A stretch of DNA of 64,000 nucleotides from Candidatus Kaiserbacteria bacterium RIFCSPHIGHO2_01_FULL_53_29 (GCA_001781125.1 MFKT01000001.1:3630-67629); one strand, 5' to 3'. Positions 44,475-54,710 are shown, counted from the stretch's first letter. Notes: generated by a model not told the origin, from the letters alone. Made by a program: numbers and translations.

Positions 44475-44915
44475 TTATTTTTTCAACGTACGTTCGATCC
44501 GACGTTTCTCCTCACGCGCCCGTATGCTATGACGTTTGTCCTGGCTTTTCTTTCCGCGCGCGATTGCTATCAGGAGTTTCAGCTTTCGATTGCTATTGTA
44601 CACCTTGAGTGGCACAATTGTCAATCCCTTCTCACCCTCTGCCGAGGCAACGTGGGCGATTTCCTTGCGCGAGAGAAGCAATCGGCGCGTGCGCTCGGGG
44701 TCGTAGGATTTTGGCGCGTTCTTTATCTGCCATGCAGGGATACTCGCTCCCACAAGATATGCCTCACCGCCGCGCGCAACGACACGTGCGCCCTTTAAGG
44801 AACCCCGTCCGGCGCGCAGAGACTTCACTTCAAATCCGAGCAATTCCAGCCCCGCCTCGATCTCCTCGAGGATCGTATAGTCAAAACCAATTTTTTTGTT
44901 TTCAACGACGGTCAT
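44475..44915 (-). CDS. smpB: SsrA-binding protein SmpB
   Basis: ...NKKIGFDYTILEEIEAGLELLGFEVKSLRAG...YDPERTRRLLLSRKEI...KGLTIVPLKVY...IARGKKSQDKR matches SmpB. Confidence 0.88.
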   Translation of the reverse strand: MTVVENKKIGFDYTILEEIEAGLELLGFEVKSLRAGRGSLKGARVVARGGEAYLVGASIPAWQIKNAPKSYDPERTRRLLLSRKEIAHVASAEGEKGLTIVPLKVYNSNRKLKLLIAIARGKKSQDKRHSIRAREEKRRIERTLKK

Positions 44916-45748
44916 GCAAACAGTGTACGCAATTCTTGCGCCCGCGCGAGCGCGTCCGCGATGCCCATCTGAAATATGGCACGGATCTTGCGAGGATTTT
45001 TTGTTGCGGGCCAGATCGGCAACTCCGGGTGTATAACAACGCATTGCGCATCTCCCACTCGCGGCGCCTTTCCATGGTGAGCGGTCCAGTGCCGGATCGC
45101 TTTTTGAGTTGCTCTTGTGGCGAGGAGGCGCTCATATATGAGTAGTATGAGACGTTTCCCAAAGGTCAGACGAGTTCTATTGTCAATCACGAGGATTCTC
45201 TTTGCGCCCTTCTGTATCGCATACTCGACCATGTCATGCGCGGTGAGCGCAATGCCCCCGTCCATATATGAGTGACCAAGCAGGGAAACGGCCTTTCCGA
45301 AGAAGAAGGGCATGGACTTTGATGCACGCAAGAGTTCATATGGGTCGACACCATCTTCACGGCCGACGTATCGGACCTCTCCGGTCTTTACATCGAGAAG
45401 AGGCACAAAATATTCCGTCTTACTCTCTGCAAGGAGGTCTGTCCTCAAAGGGAATCGGTTTTTTAAGACATCGTCCACCAGATAATCAATATCCATGATA
45501 GGTCGACGTGTCCACGAAATGAATCGCGGAGTAGGGAGGAGTTCACCCCAAACATGCTCTGCGGCCTCACTTTGTCCGGTTATAAAATACAACGCATTTC
45601 CGGTACCGCCCGAACTCGCGACGATGATATCGGCGTGGGGAATACCGAGCATCGTCTTGAGCGCGTAGAGAAATCCCGCACCATAGGCACTTCGCATGCC
45701 GCCGCCTATCGAGATGATGGCGGTTTTATTTTCCTGTGACATGCGCAA
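44912..45748 (-). CDS. Patatin-like phospholipase
   Basis: IGGGMRSAYGAGF (oxyanion GGGxR) and ASSGG (GxSxG nucleophile elbow). Its stop overlaps the smpB start (ATGA). Confidence 0.8.
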   Translation of the reverse strand: MRMSQENKTAIISIGGGMRSAYGAGFLYALKTMLGIPHADIIVASSGGTGNALYFITGQSEAAEHVWGELLPTPRFISWTRRPIMDIDYLVDDVLKNRFPLRTDLLAESKTEYFVPLLDVKTGEVRYVGREDGVDPYELLRASKSMPFFFGKAVSLLGHSYMDGGIALTAHDMVEYAIQKGAKRILVIDNRTRLTFGKRLILLIYERLLATRATQKAIRHWTAHHGKAPRVGDAQCVVIHPELPIWPATKNPRKIRAIFQMGIADALARAQELRTLFA

Positions 45749-45811
45749 ATCATACTATGCTGAATCGGAAGCTTCTTTTCATAACAGGCTAAATATGTAT
45801 AATGCACGTCC

Positions 45812-47743
45812 ATGGCAAACTCTAGGAAAGAAGCGTCCCGCAAGCCACGCGGGGGAGGTGAGCCAGCTGGCGCGGGGGGCCCTTCTATCTGGATACAGCT
45901 CGCGGCGGCATTCGCGGTATTTCTCGTGCTCTCCACCGGCTATTCGCTGGTGCGGCAATACTTCCTCGATAAAAGCGAAGAGGTGCCACTTTCCCAGATC
46001 GCAGTCGACATTAGTGCAGGAACGGTGGTCTCGATAGAAGTATCAGGGGACAAAATTACTGCCGTCTATACGGACGAAACGAAAAAGACGTCGCGCAAAG
46101 AAACGGAATCAGCACTTTTGCAGACCCTCTCGGATTATTCCATCGAGCCTGAAAAATTGGCTAGGGTGGTGATCGAGATAAAAGATGAGGGGGGGTTGCG
46201 TTTCTGGGCGCTCACACTTTTGCCCATCCTCGTGCCGGTCGTATTTCTTTTTGGCGTCATCTGGTACCTCTCGCGGCAGCTGCGTGGCGGCGGCATGCAG
46301 GCATTTAGCTTCGGTAAATCGATGGCGCGGCTCGTGAATCCGGAAGATGAGGTGCAGAAAGTAACATTTAAAGATGTGGCAGGAGCGAAGGAAGCAAAAA
46401 GCGAACTCCTTGAGATAGTCGACTTCTTGAAAAATCCCAAGAAATTCATCCAGATCGGCGCGCGCATTCCAAAAGGCGTACTTCTTATGGGTGCGCCGGG
46501 TACGGGCAAGACATTGCTTGCACGCGCTGTTGCGGGTGAAGCAGGCGTACCGTTCTTTTCCATCTCCGGCTCTGAATTCGTCGAGATGTTCGTCGGGGTG
46601 GGGGCATCCCGTGTGCGTGATCTTTTCCAAACTGCGAAGAAAGCCGCACCCGCCATCGTTTTCATCGATGAGATAGACGCGGTTGGGCGCGTGCGCGGCA
46701 CGGGAGTGGGCGGAGGCAATGACGAGCGTGAACAGACACTCAATCAGATCCTCGTCGAGATGGACGGCTTCGAGCCGAATGAAAAAGTCATCGTGATGGC
46801 GGCGAGCAACAGACCCGACGTGCTCGATCCCGCGCTCTTGCGCCCGGGCCGATTCGATAGGCGCGTTACCATCGATTTGCCCGACCGCAAAGACCGTGAA
46901 GAGATACTCAAAGTCCACGCGCGCTCAAAGCCGCTCGGCCCCGACGTAAACCTCATCGTCATTGCTGAACGCACGCCGGGATTCTCCGGTGCAGATCTCG
47001 CAAGCCTCATGAACGAAGGCGCCATCCTCGCCGCGCGCGAGGATAGGAAGGAACTCACGCAGTACGACCTTATCCGCTCCATCGAGAAGGTCATGCTCGG
47101 ACCCGAGCGAAGGTCGCACGTGTTGAACAAAAAAGAAAAAGAGATAACCGCGTACCACGAGGCCGGCCACGCACTCATTGCGTCGGTTTTGCCGTACGCT
47201 GATCCGGTGCACAAAATTTCCATCATTAGCCGCGGACGTGCTGCGGGCTACACGCTTAAGCTGCCCTTTGAGGATCGCCGCATGCAGTCGCGCAAAGAAT
47301 TTTTGGACGATATTGCGGTTTCCCTCGGCGGCTATATCGCCGAGAAATTGGTATTCGATGACATCACGACGGGCGCCTCGAATGATCTTCAGGTATTGAC
47401 CGCGCTCGCTCGCAATATGGTCGCCCGTTATGGCATGTCGGAAAAAATGGGTCCGATCGCGTTTGCCACCTCGGCCCAGCGCACCATCTTCGGCGAGGGG
47501 GTCGAGGGAGAACAATCGCAGGAAGTTGCGTCACAGCTCGATGAGGAAGTGAAGAAAATAATCTCCGGCGCACACAAGATCGCTCTCGGCGTCATCACCA
47601 AACACCGCAAAGCGCTCGACGCGATCGCGAGCCGGTTGGTAGTGGTGGAAACCATCGAACGCGAGGAATTTGAGAACATCCTTATCGCCAACGGCATAAC
47701 TCCCAAAAAGAAAGAGGATATAGAACATCAACCACTGGTATAG
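45812..47743 (+). CDS. ftsH: ATP-dependent zinc metalloprotease FtsH
   Basis: N-terminal TMs, the AAA module [28 protein letters not shown], and an M41 HEAGHA zinc motif. Confidence 0.92.
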   Translation: MANSRKEASRKPRGGGEPAGAGGPSIWIQLAAAFAVFLVLSTGYSLVRQYFLDKSEEVPLSQIAVDISAGTVVSIEVSGDKITAVYTDETKKTSRKETESALLQTLSDYSIEPEKLARVVIEIKDEGGLRFWALTLLPILVPVVFLFGVIWYLSRQLRGGGMQAFSFGKSMARLVNPEDEVQKVTFKDVAGAKEAKSELLEIVDFLKNPKKFIQIGARIPKGVLLMGAPGTGKTLLARAVAGEAGVPFFSISGSEFVEMFVGVGASRVRDLFQTAKKAAPAIVFIDEIDAVGRVRGTGVGGGNDEREQTLNQILVEMDGFEPNEKVIVMAASNRPDVLDPALLRPGRFDRRVTIDLPDRKDREEILKVHARSKPLGPDVNLIVIAERTPGFSGADLASLMNEGAILAAREDRKELTQYDLIRSIEKVMLGPERRSHVLNKKEKEITAYHEAGHALIASVLPYADPVHKISIISRGRAAGYTLKLPFEDRRMQSRKEFLDDIAVSLGGYIAEKLVFDDITTGASNDLQVLTALARNMVARYGMSEKMGPIAFATSAQRTIFGEGVEGEQSQEVASQLDEEVKKIISGAHKIALGVITKHRKALDAIASRLVVVETIEREEFENILIANGITPKKKEDIEHQPLV

Positions 47744-47820
47744 GTGTCAGCTGTCAGGTTTCAGCTATCAGCAAAATCGTGCAAAATATTTTCTGAAATC
47801 TGAAAGCTAGCACCTGAAAG

Positions 47821-48891
47821 CTATTTTTTGATTTGCCAGTGTATCGTCTCGTTGCCAAGCCCCATGTCTTTGTGGTAGATGGGCCATACTTTCACACCTT
47901 CGTCGGTGACGACCGGCTCTGTGACCTGCCAATCTTTTTTCACGAGCGTTATTGTTTCGCTGCTCGGCTCGAGTCCGAAGAATCGTGGACCGTTCACTGA
48001 CAAAAAGTTCTCGAGCTTATCGAGGCACCCCAGTTCATCAAATACTTGCGTATAGAGTTCAACCGCAACCGGCGCGCTGAAAATGCCGAACGCCGCGGTC
48101 GTCGCGAATTTCTTGGATTCGGGATGCGGGGCCGAATCACTTCCCGCGGATACGAAAGGCAGTCCTTTTTTAACGAGCGCTCGGATCTTATCCCTATTCG
48201 ATCTTTCTTTTATCAGAGGTTTTACCCGAAGGAGGGGACGAGGCTCGGCATCGCCGCGATCGTACAAGAGATGGTGCACCGTTATGGTCGCGACGAGTCT
48301 TCCTTCCTTTCCGTTCTTCTCTATAAAATCCACCGCTTCCGCCGAACTCGCATGTTCGAGCGATACCTTGAGCTTGGGGTACGAGGTGAGAAGTTCCGGC
48401 AGAATACCTTTAATGAACGTTTGCTCTCCGCGATACGGGTCTACTTCCTCGTTGCGTTCGTCCACATGCACTTCACCGTGGAGGAGCAGGGGAAGGCCGA
48501 CCCCTTCCATCTTTTTAAGCACGTCTTTCGCCTCCAAAATATTCTGGTAGCCCCACTGCGAGTTCGTCGTCGCGCCCCATGGATAGTACTTGACGCCGTA
48601 GACGCCGCTCCCGGCTGCTTTTTCGATCTCTGCAGGCGTAAGGTTTTTCGTAAGATAGAGAGTCATCAGTGGCTCAAACCGAGAGGCGTCGCCTCTCGGT
48701 ATAGCAGCAAGAATTTCTTTTTTGTACTCCGCAGCTTGTTCGACGGTCTCTATCGGCGGGTCGGTATTGGGCATCACGATGGCACGAGAGAATTTCTCTG
48801 CCGTTATCGGCGTCACCGCTCGCAACATAGCTCCGCGCCGCAGGTGCACGTGGGCATCGAAGGGTTTTTTGAGGGTTATTGTGTCAATCAT
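47821..48891 (-). CDS. pyrC: Dihydroorotase (type II, E. coli PyrC-like)
   Basis: MIDTITLKKPFDAHVHLRRGAMLRAVTP...AIVMPNTDPP...PLMTLYLT...LLLHGEV is closely parallel to E. coli PyrC (DDWHLHLRDG...AIVMPNLAPP...LLVHGEV). Confidence 0.88.
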   Translation of the reverse strand: MIDTITLKKPFDAHVHLRRGAMLRAVTPITAEKFSRAIVMPNTDPPIETVEQAAEYKKEILAAIPRGDASRFEPLMTLYLTKNLTPAEIEKAAGSGVYGVKYYPWGATTNSQWGYQNILEAKDVLKKMEGVGLPLLLHGEVHVDERNEEVDPYRGEQTFIKGILPELLTSYPKLKVSLEHASSAEAVDFIEKNGKEGRLVATITVHHLLYDRGDAEPRPLLRVKPLIKERSNRDKIRALVKKGLPFVSAGSDSAPHPESKKFATTAAFGIFSAPVAVELYTQVFDELGCLDKLENFLSVNGPRFFGLEPSSETITLVKKDWQVTEPVVTDEGVKVWPIYHKDMGLGNETIHWQIKK

Positions 48892-48916
48892 CCAAGAAGT
48901 ATACACTGGCGGCAAT

Positions 48917-50080
48917 ATGGCAAAAAAAGATGTTGCAAAACAGGCGCTGGCGCTCCACAAGAAGCTTGGGGGGAAGATACGGATCGTGCCGGCGGCGCCT
49001 ATTACCAATCGCGCCGAGCTCTCCCTCGTGTATACGCCCGGTGTTGCTGCTGTTTCTTCATATGTTGCAAAACATCCAAAAGAGGCAAGGGTTTATACGA
49101 TGAAGGGTCGCAGCGTCGCGGTCATTTCCGACGGTTCCGCTGTACTCGGCCTCGGCAACATCGGCGCGCTTGGCGCGCTTCCGGTGATGGAAGGGAAGGC
49201 TGCGATTTTTAAAACATTTGCAGATATCGATACGGTGCCGATCGTTCTTGATACACAAGACCCTGATGAAATTGTAAAAACGGTCATCGCTATCGCGCCG
49301 GCCTTCGGCGGCATCAATCTCGAAGACATCGCCGCGCCGAAGTGTTTTGAGATAGAACGCCGCGTTATCGAAGCACTTGATATTCCGGTGATGCACGACG
49401 ACCAGCACGGGACCGCGATCGTGGTACTTGCTGGCATCATCAATGCGCTCAAAGTCGTCAAAAAGAAATTATCGTCAGCTCGCGTCGTTATCCTCGGAGC
49501 TGGAGCTGCGGGTACGGCGACCGCAAGACTTCTCAGGGCGGCCGGAGCAAAAAACATCATCGTTCTTGATAGCAAGGGGATCGTTAATCGCTCAAGACCC
49601 GAGCCGCACAAAAGAGAACTCGCGAAGTTCAATACAAAGGGTGTCAAAGGTGGATTGCGAGAAGCGCTCTCCGCCGGAGGCGGATCCTCCTCCGGAGGAA
49701 AAGGTGCCGATGTGCTTCTTGGTGTCTCCGGCCCCAATCTTGTAAGGGCGGAAGACATACGGCTGATGGCGAAGAAGGCAATCGTCTTTGCGATGGCGAA
49801 TCCGACTCCCGAGATCATGCCTGACGAAGCGAAAAAGGGCGGAGCCATGGTGGTGGGCACCGGACGCTCGGATTTCCCGAATCAGGTAAATAATTCACTC
49901 GCGTTCCCCGGCGTTTTCCGCGGCGCCTTGGATCATGGTGTGACGAAGATAACCGACGCGATGAAATTGAAGGCGGCACGCGCGATAGCCGCACTCGTGA
50001 AAAAGCCGACAGCCAACAAAGTCATTCCCGACATGTTCGACAAACGCGCTCCCATCGCCGTGGCTAGAGCAATACGCTAA
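48917..50080 (+). CDS. NAD(P)-dependent malic enzyme (short form)
   Basis: ...LSLVYTPGVAAV...AVISDGSAVLGLGNIGALGALPVMEGKAAIFK...VILGAGAAGTATARLL matches the malic enzyme N- and NAD-binding domains. Confidence 0.85.
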   Translation: MAKKDVAKQALALHKKLGGKIRIVPAAPITNRAELSLVYTPGVAAVSSYVAKHPKEARVYTMKGRSVAVISDGSAVLGLGNIGALGALPVMEGKAAIFKTFADIDTVPIVLDTQDPDEIVKTVIAIAPAFGGINLEDIAAPKCFEIERRVIEALDIPVMHDDQHGTAIVVLAGIINALKVVKKKLSSARVVILGAGAAGTATARLLRAAGAKNIIVLDSKGIVNRSRPEPHKRELAKFNTKGVKGGLREALSAGGGSSSGGKGADVLLGVSGPNLVRAEDIRLMAKKAIVFAMANPTPEIMPDEAKKGGAMVVGTGRSDFPNQVNNSLAFPGVFRGALDHGVTKITDAMKLKAARAIAALVKKPTANKVIPDMFDKRAPIAVARAIR

Positions 50081-50233
50081 GGGACATGAATGAGCCTGTT
50101 CGAGTTGTCATAACCGGAGGGACCGGCGTATACGTTGCCATGAATGGAAAGGTATTCCTCTGGAACAATGTCAGGAAGAATAGAGATAAGCAAGTGTTTG
50201 AAAACTTGCAAAAGACGGTAGAGTAGTACTGTT

Positions 50234-50304
50234 GCGCCCATAGCTCAATGGTAGAGCGACCGTCTTATACACGGTCTACCTAGGTTCGATTCCTAGTGGG
50301 CGTA
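50234..50304 (+). tRNA. tRNA, apparent anticodon UAU (Ile, AUA-reading) by manual cloverleaf folding; CCA not encoded
   Basis: GCGCCCA-TA-GCTC-AATGGTA-GAGC-G-ACCGT-CTTATAC-ACGGT-CTAC-CTAGG-TTCGATT-CCTAG-TGGGCGT-A. There is a G1·U72 wobble. A TTGAAA..TAGAGT promoter-like sequence lies upstream. Confidence 0.7.
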
Positions 50305-50358
50305 TAAGTGAACTTTGCTGTGAATTGCGAGGTTGCACCCTCGGCTCGCCGTGCGACA

Positions 50359-52701
50359 ATGAGTGGCATGCGATACGTTGTTCGGATTCCTGCGCTAGCT
50401 GCATGTCTAGCCGCTTTTCTCTTTCTCTTCCTCCCTCATGCAAGCTTTGCGGCGACTGTCACGGTAACGATGGGGGCAAATTCTTTCTCGCCCAAAAATA
50501 TCACGGTCAATTCCGGCGACACGGTCACGTGGGTCAACAGCAGCAGCATGGCGCACACTGCAACGGCCGACAACGGCAGCTTCGATAGCGGAACGGTGGC
50601 TGCGGGACAGAGCTACGGAGCGATATTCAATGCACCCGGCATCTACGCGTATTATTGCAAACTCCACGGTAGCCCCGGTGGGATAAGTATGGCAGGTACT
50701 ATTACGGTTGTCGCGGGCGCAACCCCGACGAGCGGAGCTGTCGGGGCCCCACCCAGTGCGTCGGGGCTGCAGGCGCAAGCACAGGCACTCCTCAATCAAA
50801 TTGCGGCACTCAAGCAACAGCTGGGATATGGTGGCACTTCGGGAACCGCGATCACGACGACTTCAGGGAGCGGCATCTCCACGTATTCGGCCGCGTGTCC
50901 GCTCATCGGGAGGAATCTCTCACAGGGCGCGAGCGGTGACGATGTGTCGCGTCTCCAGCAATTTCTCGCGCAGGACACTGCGGTCTATCCGGAGGCGATC
51001 GTGTCGGGATATTATGGAAGTTTGACTCAGACGGCAGTGCAGCGATGGCAGGCGAAGTACAATATCGTCTCGTCAGGTACGCCAAGCTCGACCGGCTACG
51101 GTGTCGTCGGTCCGCGCACGGCGGCAGCGATCGCTATCATTTGTGCCGGCGGCAGCATCAATGGCATCTCCGCAACGGCAGTGAGCCCGCCTCCTGCATC
51201 TGTCAGCGGTGTTGTCAGCGTGACACCGATCGTGGGGGACGCACCCCTTACGGTCAATGTTACCGCGACACTCAATACGGCCGGCTCATGCGCCGGCGGC
51301 CTTTACACACTCGATTTTGGCGATGGCGCTCCTGTGCAGCAAATTACTGTTCCGGCTGGTAATTGTGGACAATTGAGTCAGACCTATCCGCATACGTTCC
51401 GATACGGTGGCAGTTACTCCATCACTCTTTCGGCAGGAGTGCACCGTCAATCCGCGACAGTCACCGTCACCGGTCCTGCAGCGCCTCCGCCGCGGAAAAC
51501 AACGCCCGGTCTGCCGAAAGAATCTTTCAAGGTCTCTCCTACCTCGGGTACAACACCGCTTACCGTTACGTTCTCGGGCGTCGTCAACAGCAACGATGCG
51601 GGATTCTGTAACGGCGGTTGTGCCTCTGTTCTCGACTTTGGCGATGGCACGTCCGGGACGGTCGATCTTCCCGCCTCTGTCGGGGGATGGCTTGAGTACA
51701 GCATCACGCATACCTATACGACGGCGGGGGGATTCAAGACGACTCTGTATCAGGGCGGTGCGGGCGTCTCACAGCCGAAGGTCGGGTCGGCAACGATCGT
51801 TGTCTCGGTCGGCACCCCGTCGTTTTCTGCGATACCCGCATCCGGTCCCTCGCCACTTGCTGTCGGCTTTTCTGCGACTGGTCTTTCTCCAAGCGGCCTC
51901 TACGGGATCAATTATGCCGATGGAACGGCCATTGCGCGCTTCACGGGAAGCGCCGCTCCCGGCACGCAAAGCCCGTGGACGCATACCTACTCGACTCCTG
52001 GCACATTCTCGGCCCAACTTCTCTCGTATCAGGCGTCCACGAGTGGCTGCCAAGGCAGTTGTGCCTCGACCCCGACGGTCATAGGCACGGTACCGGTCAA
52101 TGTTTCCGGCACCCCCGCCGGCTCTGCCGCGCTCTCGGTATATCCGACCTCCGGCGTGGCGCCAGTCAACGTTTCATTCACGGCGAATATCAGCCCGACA
52201 AGCGGCACGCACAGCATTAATTTTGGCGATGGCTCTCCGGCGCAAACCTTCGGCTGCGCGACCGGCTCAACGTGTGCCACGCACTGGCAGATCAATCACA
52301 CGTACGCGACGGGCGGCACATTTGTGGCGCGGCTCAGCACGGGATCGGGCTCTCAAGTCGGGGCGGCCACGGTTACCGTTTCCGGCGGTTCGACGAATCC
52401 GACGAATCCCACAAATCCTCCAAATTCTTATCCGTACAATCCGCCCCTGCTCTCCGGTGGCAGTGACTCGCTTTCATTCAATGTGCAGTTTGACCTGCCA
52501 TCCTCGTGCACGGGCTACGATCTCTCTTGGGGCGATGGCACGTCTCATGTCGTGCAGAGTGACGGAGGCTCCTCGTGTGCGCAGAGTATTGCTACTCCAT
52601 CTCTTTCTCACACGTATAGTTCCGAGGGCTCATACACCATCGTTTTGAAACGTGGACCGACGCTTTCCCAGATCAACGACATCGAAATAACCACTCAATA
52701 A
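50359..52701 (+). CDS. Secreted multidomain protein: cupredoxin (blue-copper) domain, a peptidoglycan-binding (PG_binding_1-like) domain and about 5 PKD-like (FGDG) domains
   Basis: Signal peptide. Cupredoxin ligands HTATADNG...YYCKLHGSPGGISMAG. The PG-binding motif is GASGDDVSRLQQFLAQ...YYGSLTQTAVQRWQAKYNI. Repeated ...LDFGDGxxx.../INYADGT/SINFGDGS/DLSWGDGTS units are present. The listed ORF begins at an upstream GTG. Confidence 0.7.
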   Translation: MSGMRYVVRIPALAACLAAFLFLFLPHASFAATVTVTMGANSFSPKNITVNSGDTVTWVNSSSMAHTATADNGSFDSGTVAAGQSYGAIFNAPGIYAYYCKLHGSPGGISMAGTITVVAGATPTSGAVGAPPSASGLQAQAQALLNQIAALKQQLGYGGTSGTAITTTSGSGISTYSAACPLIGRNLSQGASGDDVSRLQQFLAQDTAVYPEAIVSGYYGSLTQTAVQRWQAKYNIVSSGTPSSTGYGVVGPRTAAAIAIICAGGSINGISATAVSPPPASVSGVVSVTPIVGDAPLTVNVTATLNTAGSCAGGLYTLDFGDGAPVQQITVPAGNCGQLSQTYPHTFRYGGSYSITLSAGVHRQSATVTVTGPAAPPPRKTTPGLPKESFKVSPTSGTTPLTVTFSGVVNSNDAGFCNGGCASVLDFGDGTSGTVDLPASVGGWLEYSITHTYTTAGGFKTTLYQGGAGVSQPKVGSATIVVSVGTPSFSAIPASGPSPLAVGFSATGLSPSGLYGINYADGTAIARFTGSAAPGTQSPWTHTYSTPGTFSAQLLSYQASTSGCQGSCASTPTVIGTVPVNVSGTPAGSAALSVYPTSGVAPVNVSFTANISPTSGTHSINFGDGSPAQTFGCATGSTCATHWQINHTYATGGTFVARLSTGSGSQVGAATVTVSGGSTNPTNPTNPPNSYPYNPPLLSGGSDSLSFNVQFDLPSSCTGYDLSWGDGTSHVVQSDGGSSCAQSIATPSLSHTYSSEGSYTIVLKRGPTLSQINDIEITTQ

Positions 52702-52723
52702 CGAGTATCAAATTTAGGCCCCG

Positions 52724-52869
52724 ATGATATGCCCGGTAGGACAATTTCGAATCGCCTTGATATGAATATTTACCAGCGTATGACGAGAAAAATTGATTCG
52801 AGAATTTTGCAGCCATTCGTCGTTGATACCGCGGCAAGAATTATTCGAAATTGTACTGACCGGGTATGA
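52724..52869 (+). repeat. Copy D of the roughly 140-bp cassette, outside the ribosomal cluster, upstream of a secreted PG-binding protein gene
   Basis: gaTATG|CCCGGTAGG...CTGACCGGG|TATGa. The 35-aa uORF MNIYQRMTRKIDSRILQPFVVDTAARIIRNCTDRV has an ATGA overlap with the downstream ATG. Paired substitutions (C to T in the 5' arm, G to A in the 3' arm) keep the closing helix intact. A 1-nt insertion fuses uORF1 and uORF2 in frame. Confidence 0.8.
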
Positions 52870-53717
52870 GAAAAATACGGTTCGCAGGAATTGCAACGCT
52901 GCTCGCAGGTATTTGTGCGACGCCATTCTTTGCGGCAGCTTTGAGCGGCGACGATATCAAGGCGCAGATTGCGGCAATCCTTGCTCAGATCGCTGCGACC
53001 CAGGGGAAAGCGCAGTCCGTACCATCTGTCCAGTCCGTCCAATCTCTTCCCCCCGTGCAGCCGCTTTCCCCGAACCAATCGCAGGGAGGGGCGTGTCCGG
53101 TACTTTCCCGCTCGCTCTCGCTTGGTGCACAGGGCCTGGATGTGCTCTCGCTCCAGCAATTCCTCATCGCGCAGAATTCCGCGAGTACCGGATCGGCGAC
53201 CGGCTACTTCAACGCGCAGACCGAAGTTGCCGTACAAAAATGGCAATCATCGCACGGGCTCGTCTCCTCCGGTGACGCGGGATCGACCGGATGGGGAGTG
53301 GTGGGTCCGCGCACAAGAATGCTCATTTCTCTCAATTGTAACCTTCCAACGTCATCTCCGGCGTCGGCTGTCACCGGAAGCCGGTGCCCGAGTGCGCTCC
53401 CGCCTGTGATGCTCTGCTCGACTACTTGGAAGCCGGTCTTGGACGTATACGGTTGTACCACTTCCTACCAATGCTCGGTCCCGCTTTCAGGCGCCACGTC
53501 ACAGAAATCGGTGCAATCAACGACGACAACACCGGCAACAGGCTCGGTCATATCGATCGGTATCCTCTCAAGCAGCTATTGTGTAACTCCGTGGGGCAAC
53601 ATTACGCGGGTTAACGGACAAAGTATCAGCTATATCCCGTATTTCACGAACGGACTAAATAACGGGGGACGCAATCCAAGTGTTTTATGCGACAAAGGCG
53701 TTTGGACGGTGCAGTGA
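52866..53717 (+). CDS. Secreted protein with a PG_binding_1-like domain and a Cys-containing C-terminal domain
   Basis: Signal peptide. LSLGAQGLDVLSLQQFLIAQ...GYFNAQTEVAVQKWQSSHGL is a peptidoglycan-binding-type motif. Confidence 0.65.
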   Translation: MRKIRFAGIATLLAGICATPFFAAALSGDDIKAQIAAILAQIAATQGKAQSVPSVQSVQSLPPVQPLSPNQSQGGACPVLSRSLSLGAQGLDVLSLQQFLIAQNSASTGSATGYFNAQTEVAVQKWQSSHGLVSSGDAGSTGWGVVGPRTRMLISLNCNLPTSSPASAVTGSRCPSALPPVMLCSTTWKPVLDVYGCTTSYQCSVPLSGATSQKSVQSTTTTPATGSVISIGILSSSYCVTPWGNITRVNGQSISYIPYFTNGLNNGGRNPSVLCDKGVWTVQ

Positions 53718-53720
53718 TGT

Positions 53721-54710
53721 ATGCGCTCAAACCGTTGTGTTGCTCTCATCACAGCTGCCGCATTGTTCTTTCCGCTTGCCGCAAGCGCTCTCACGGATGC
53801 TGGTTCATGTCCGAATATCGCTTACGCTCTCTCACGCGGTTCGCGCGGCACTGACGTTGTTCAATTGCAGCAGTTTCTCATCGCGCAGGGTTCTCTTCAG
53901 GCTGGATTAGCGACCGGATATTTCGGCGCTCTTACCGAAGCGAGTGTAAAATCCTGGCAATCACAAAATGGGGTAGATTCTATCGGCATTGTTGGACCAA
54001 AAACCCGCGCGGCGATAGCAAGAGCGTGCGGCACAGATCCCATAGACTTTCAGGCCTCAAGACAATCCGGGACGGTACCAACTTCGTTGCAATTCTCGTG
54101 GAAGTTAGGCTCGAATAAGCAATCGTACTACGGTGTCGATTTTGGCGACGGCACTTCCTGTTCTGGCTATGATTGTGTTTTCGGCTACGTTGTTCACTTC
54201 TCGGCGGATTACACGCCAGAGAGTCTGGAGTTCCAGCTTCACGGCAGAGGTCAAGCCAACCATCAATATACGTCTCCAGGTACCTACACAGCTCGGCTAA
54301 TCGGAACGGGGAATGCGACACTTGCTAGCCAAACCACGATATTCTTCGCGGGTCAGCAAGGTCAGCCGGCTGTAGGCATGTGGGTTTCTCCGACATCCGG
54401 ACATGTTCCGTTGGTTACTTCGATCGGATGGCAAGGGTATGGTAGAGAGAGTGTCGAAAACTACAGCGTTGATTATGGTGACGGTTCGCACAGTACAAAC
54501 GCAACTATGAAGTGTCGGGTTGCTTCGGCTGCTGCACATACTATCTTTTCTTACATCTTGCAGCTGATGATCCCGGTTGCTTCTGCGAATACAGCTGTCG
54601 CACCAAATTGCTCGGCTAATCACACCTATACCACGCCGGGCACTTACACTGTTCGCCTACTTTCGCCAGACGGGTCTCTCGCAGGTTCAGTAGTGGTCAC
54701 CGCCAAGTAA
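53721..54710 (+). CDS. Secreted protein with a PG_binding_1-like domain and two PKD-like domains
   Basis: Signal peptide. LSRGSRGTDVVQLQQFLIAQ...GYFGALTEASVKSWQSQNGV is followed by GVDFGDGTSCSG and SVDYGDGSHST units. Confidence 0.65.
   Translation: MRSNRCVALITAAALFFPLAASALTDAGSCPNIAYALSRGSRGTDVVQLQQFLIAQGSLQAGLATGYFGALTEASVKSWQSQNGVDSIGIVGPKTRAAIARACGTDPIDFQASRQSGTVPTSLQFSWKLGSNKQSYYGVDFGDGTSCSGYDCVFGYVVHFSADYTPESLEFQLHGRGQANHQYTSPGTYTARLIGTGNATLASQTTIFFAGQQGQPAVGMWVSPTSGHVPLVTSIGWQGYGRESVENYSVDYGDGSHSTNATMKCRVASAAAHTIFSYILQLMIPVASANTAVAPNCSANHTYTTPGTYTVRLLSPDGSLAGSVVVTAK

Noticed and set aside
46109-46918. 269-aa and 202-aa minus-strand ORFs inside ftsH
   Set aside because: They are antisense to the FtsH AAA domain.
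48046-49212. 388-aa plus-strand ORF, and 49093..49860 minus-strand 255-aa ORF
   Set aside because: They are antisense to pyrC and malic enzyme respectively. Both real genes have strong family signatures.
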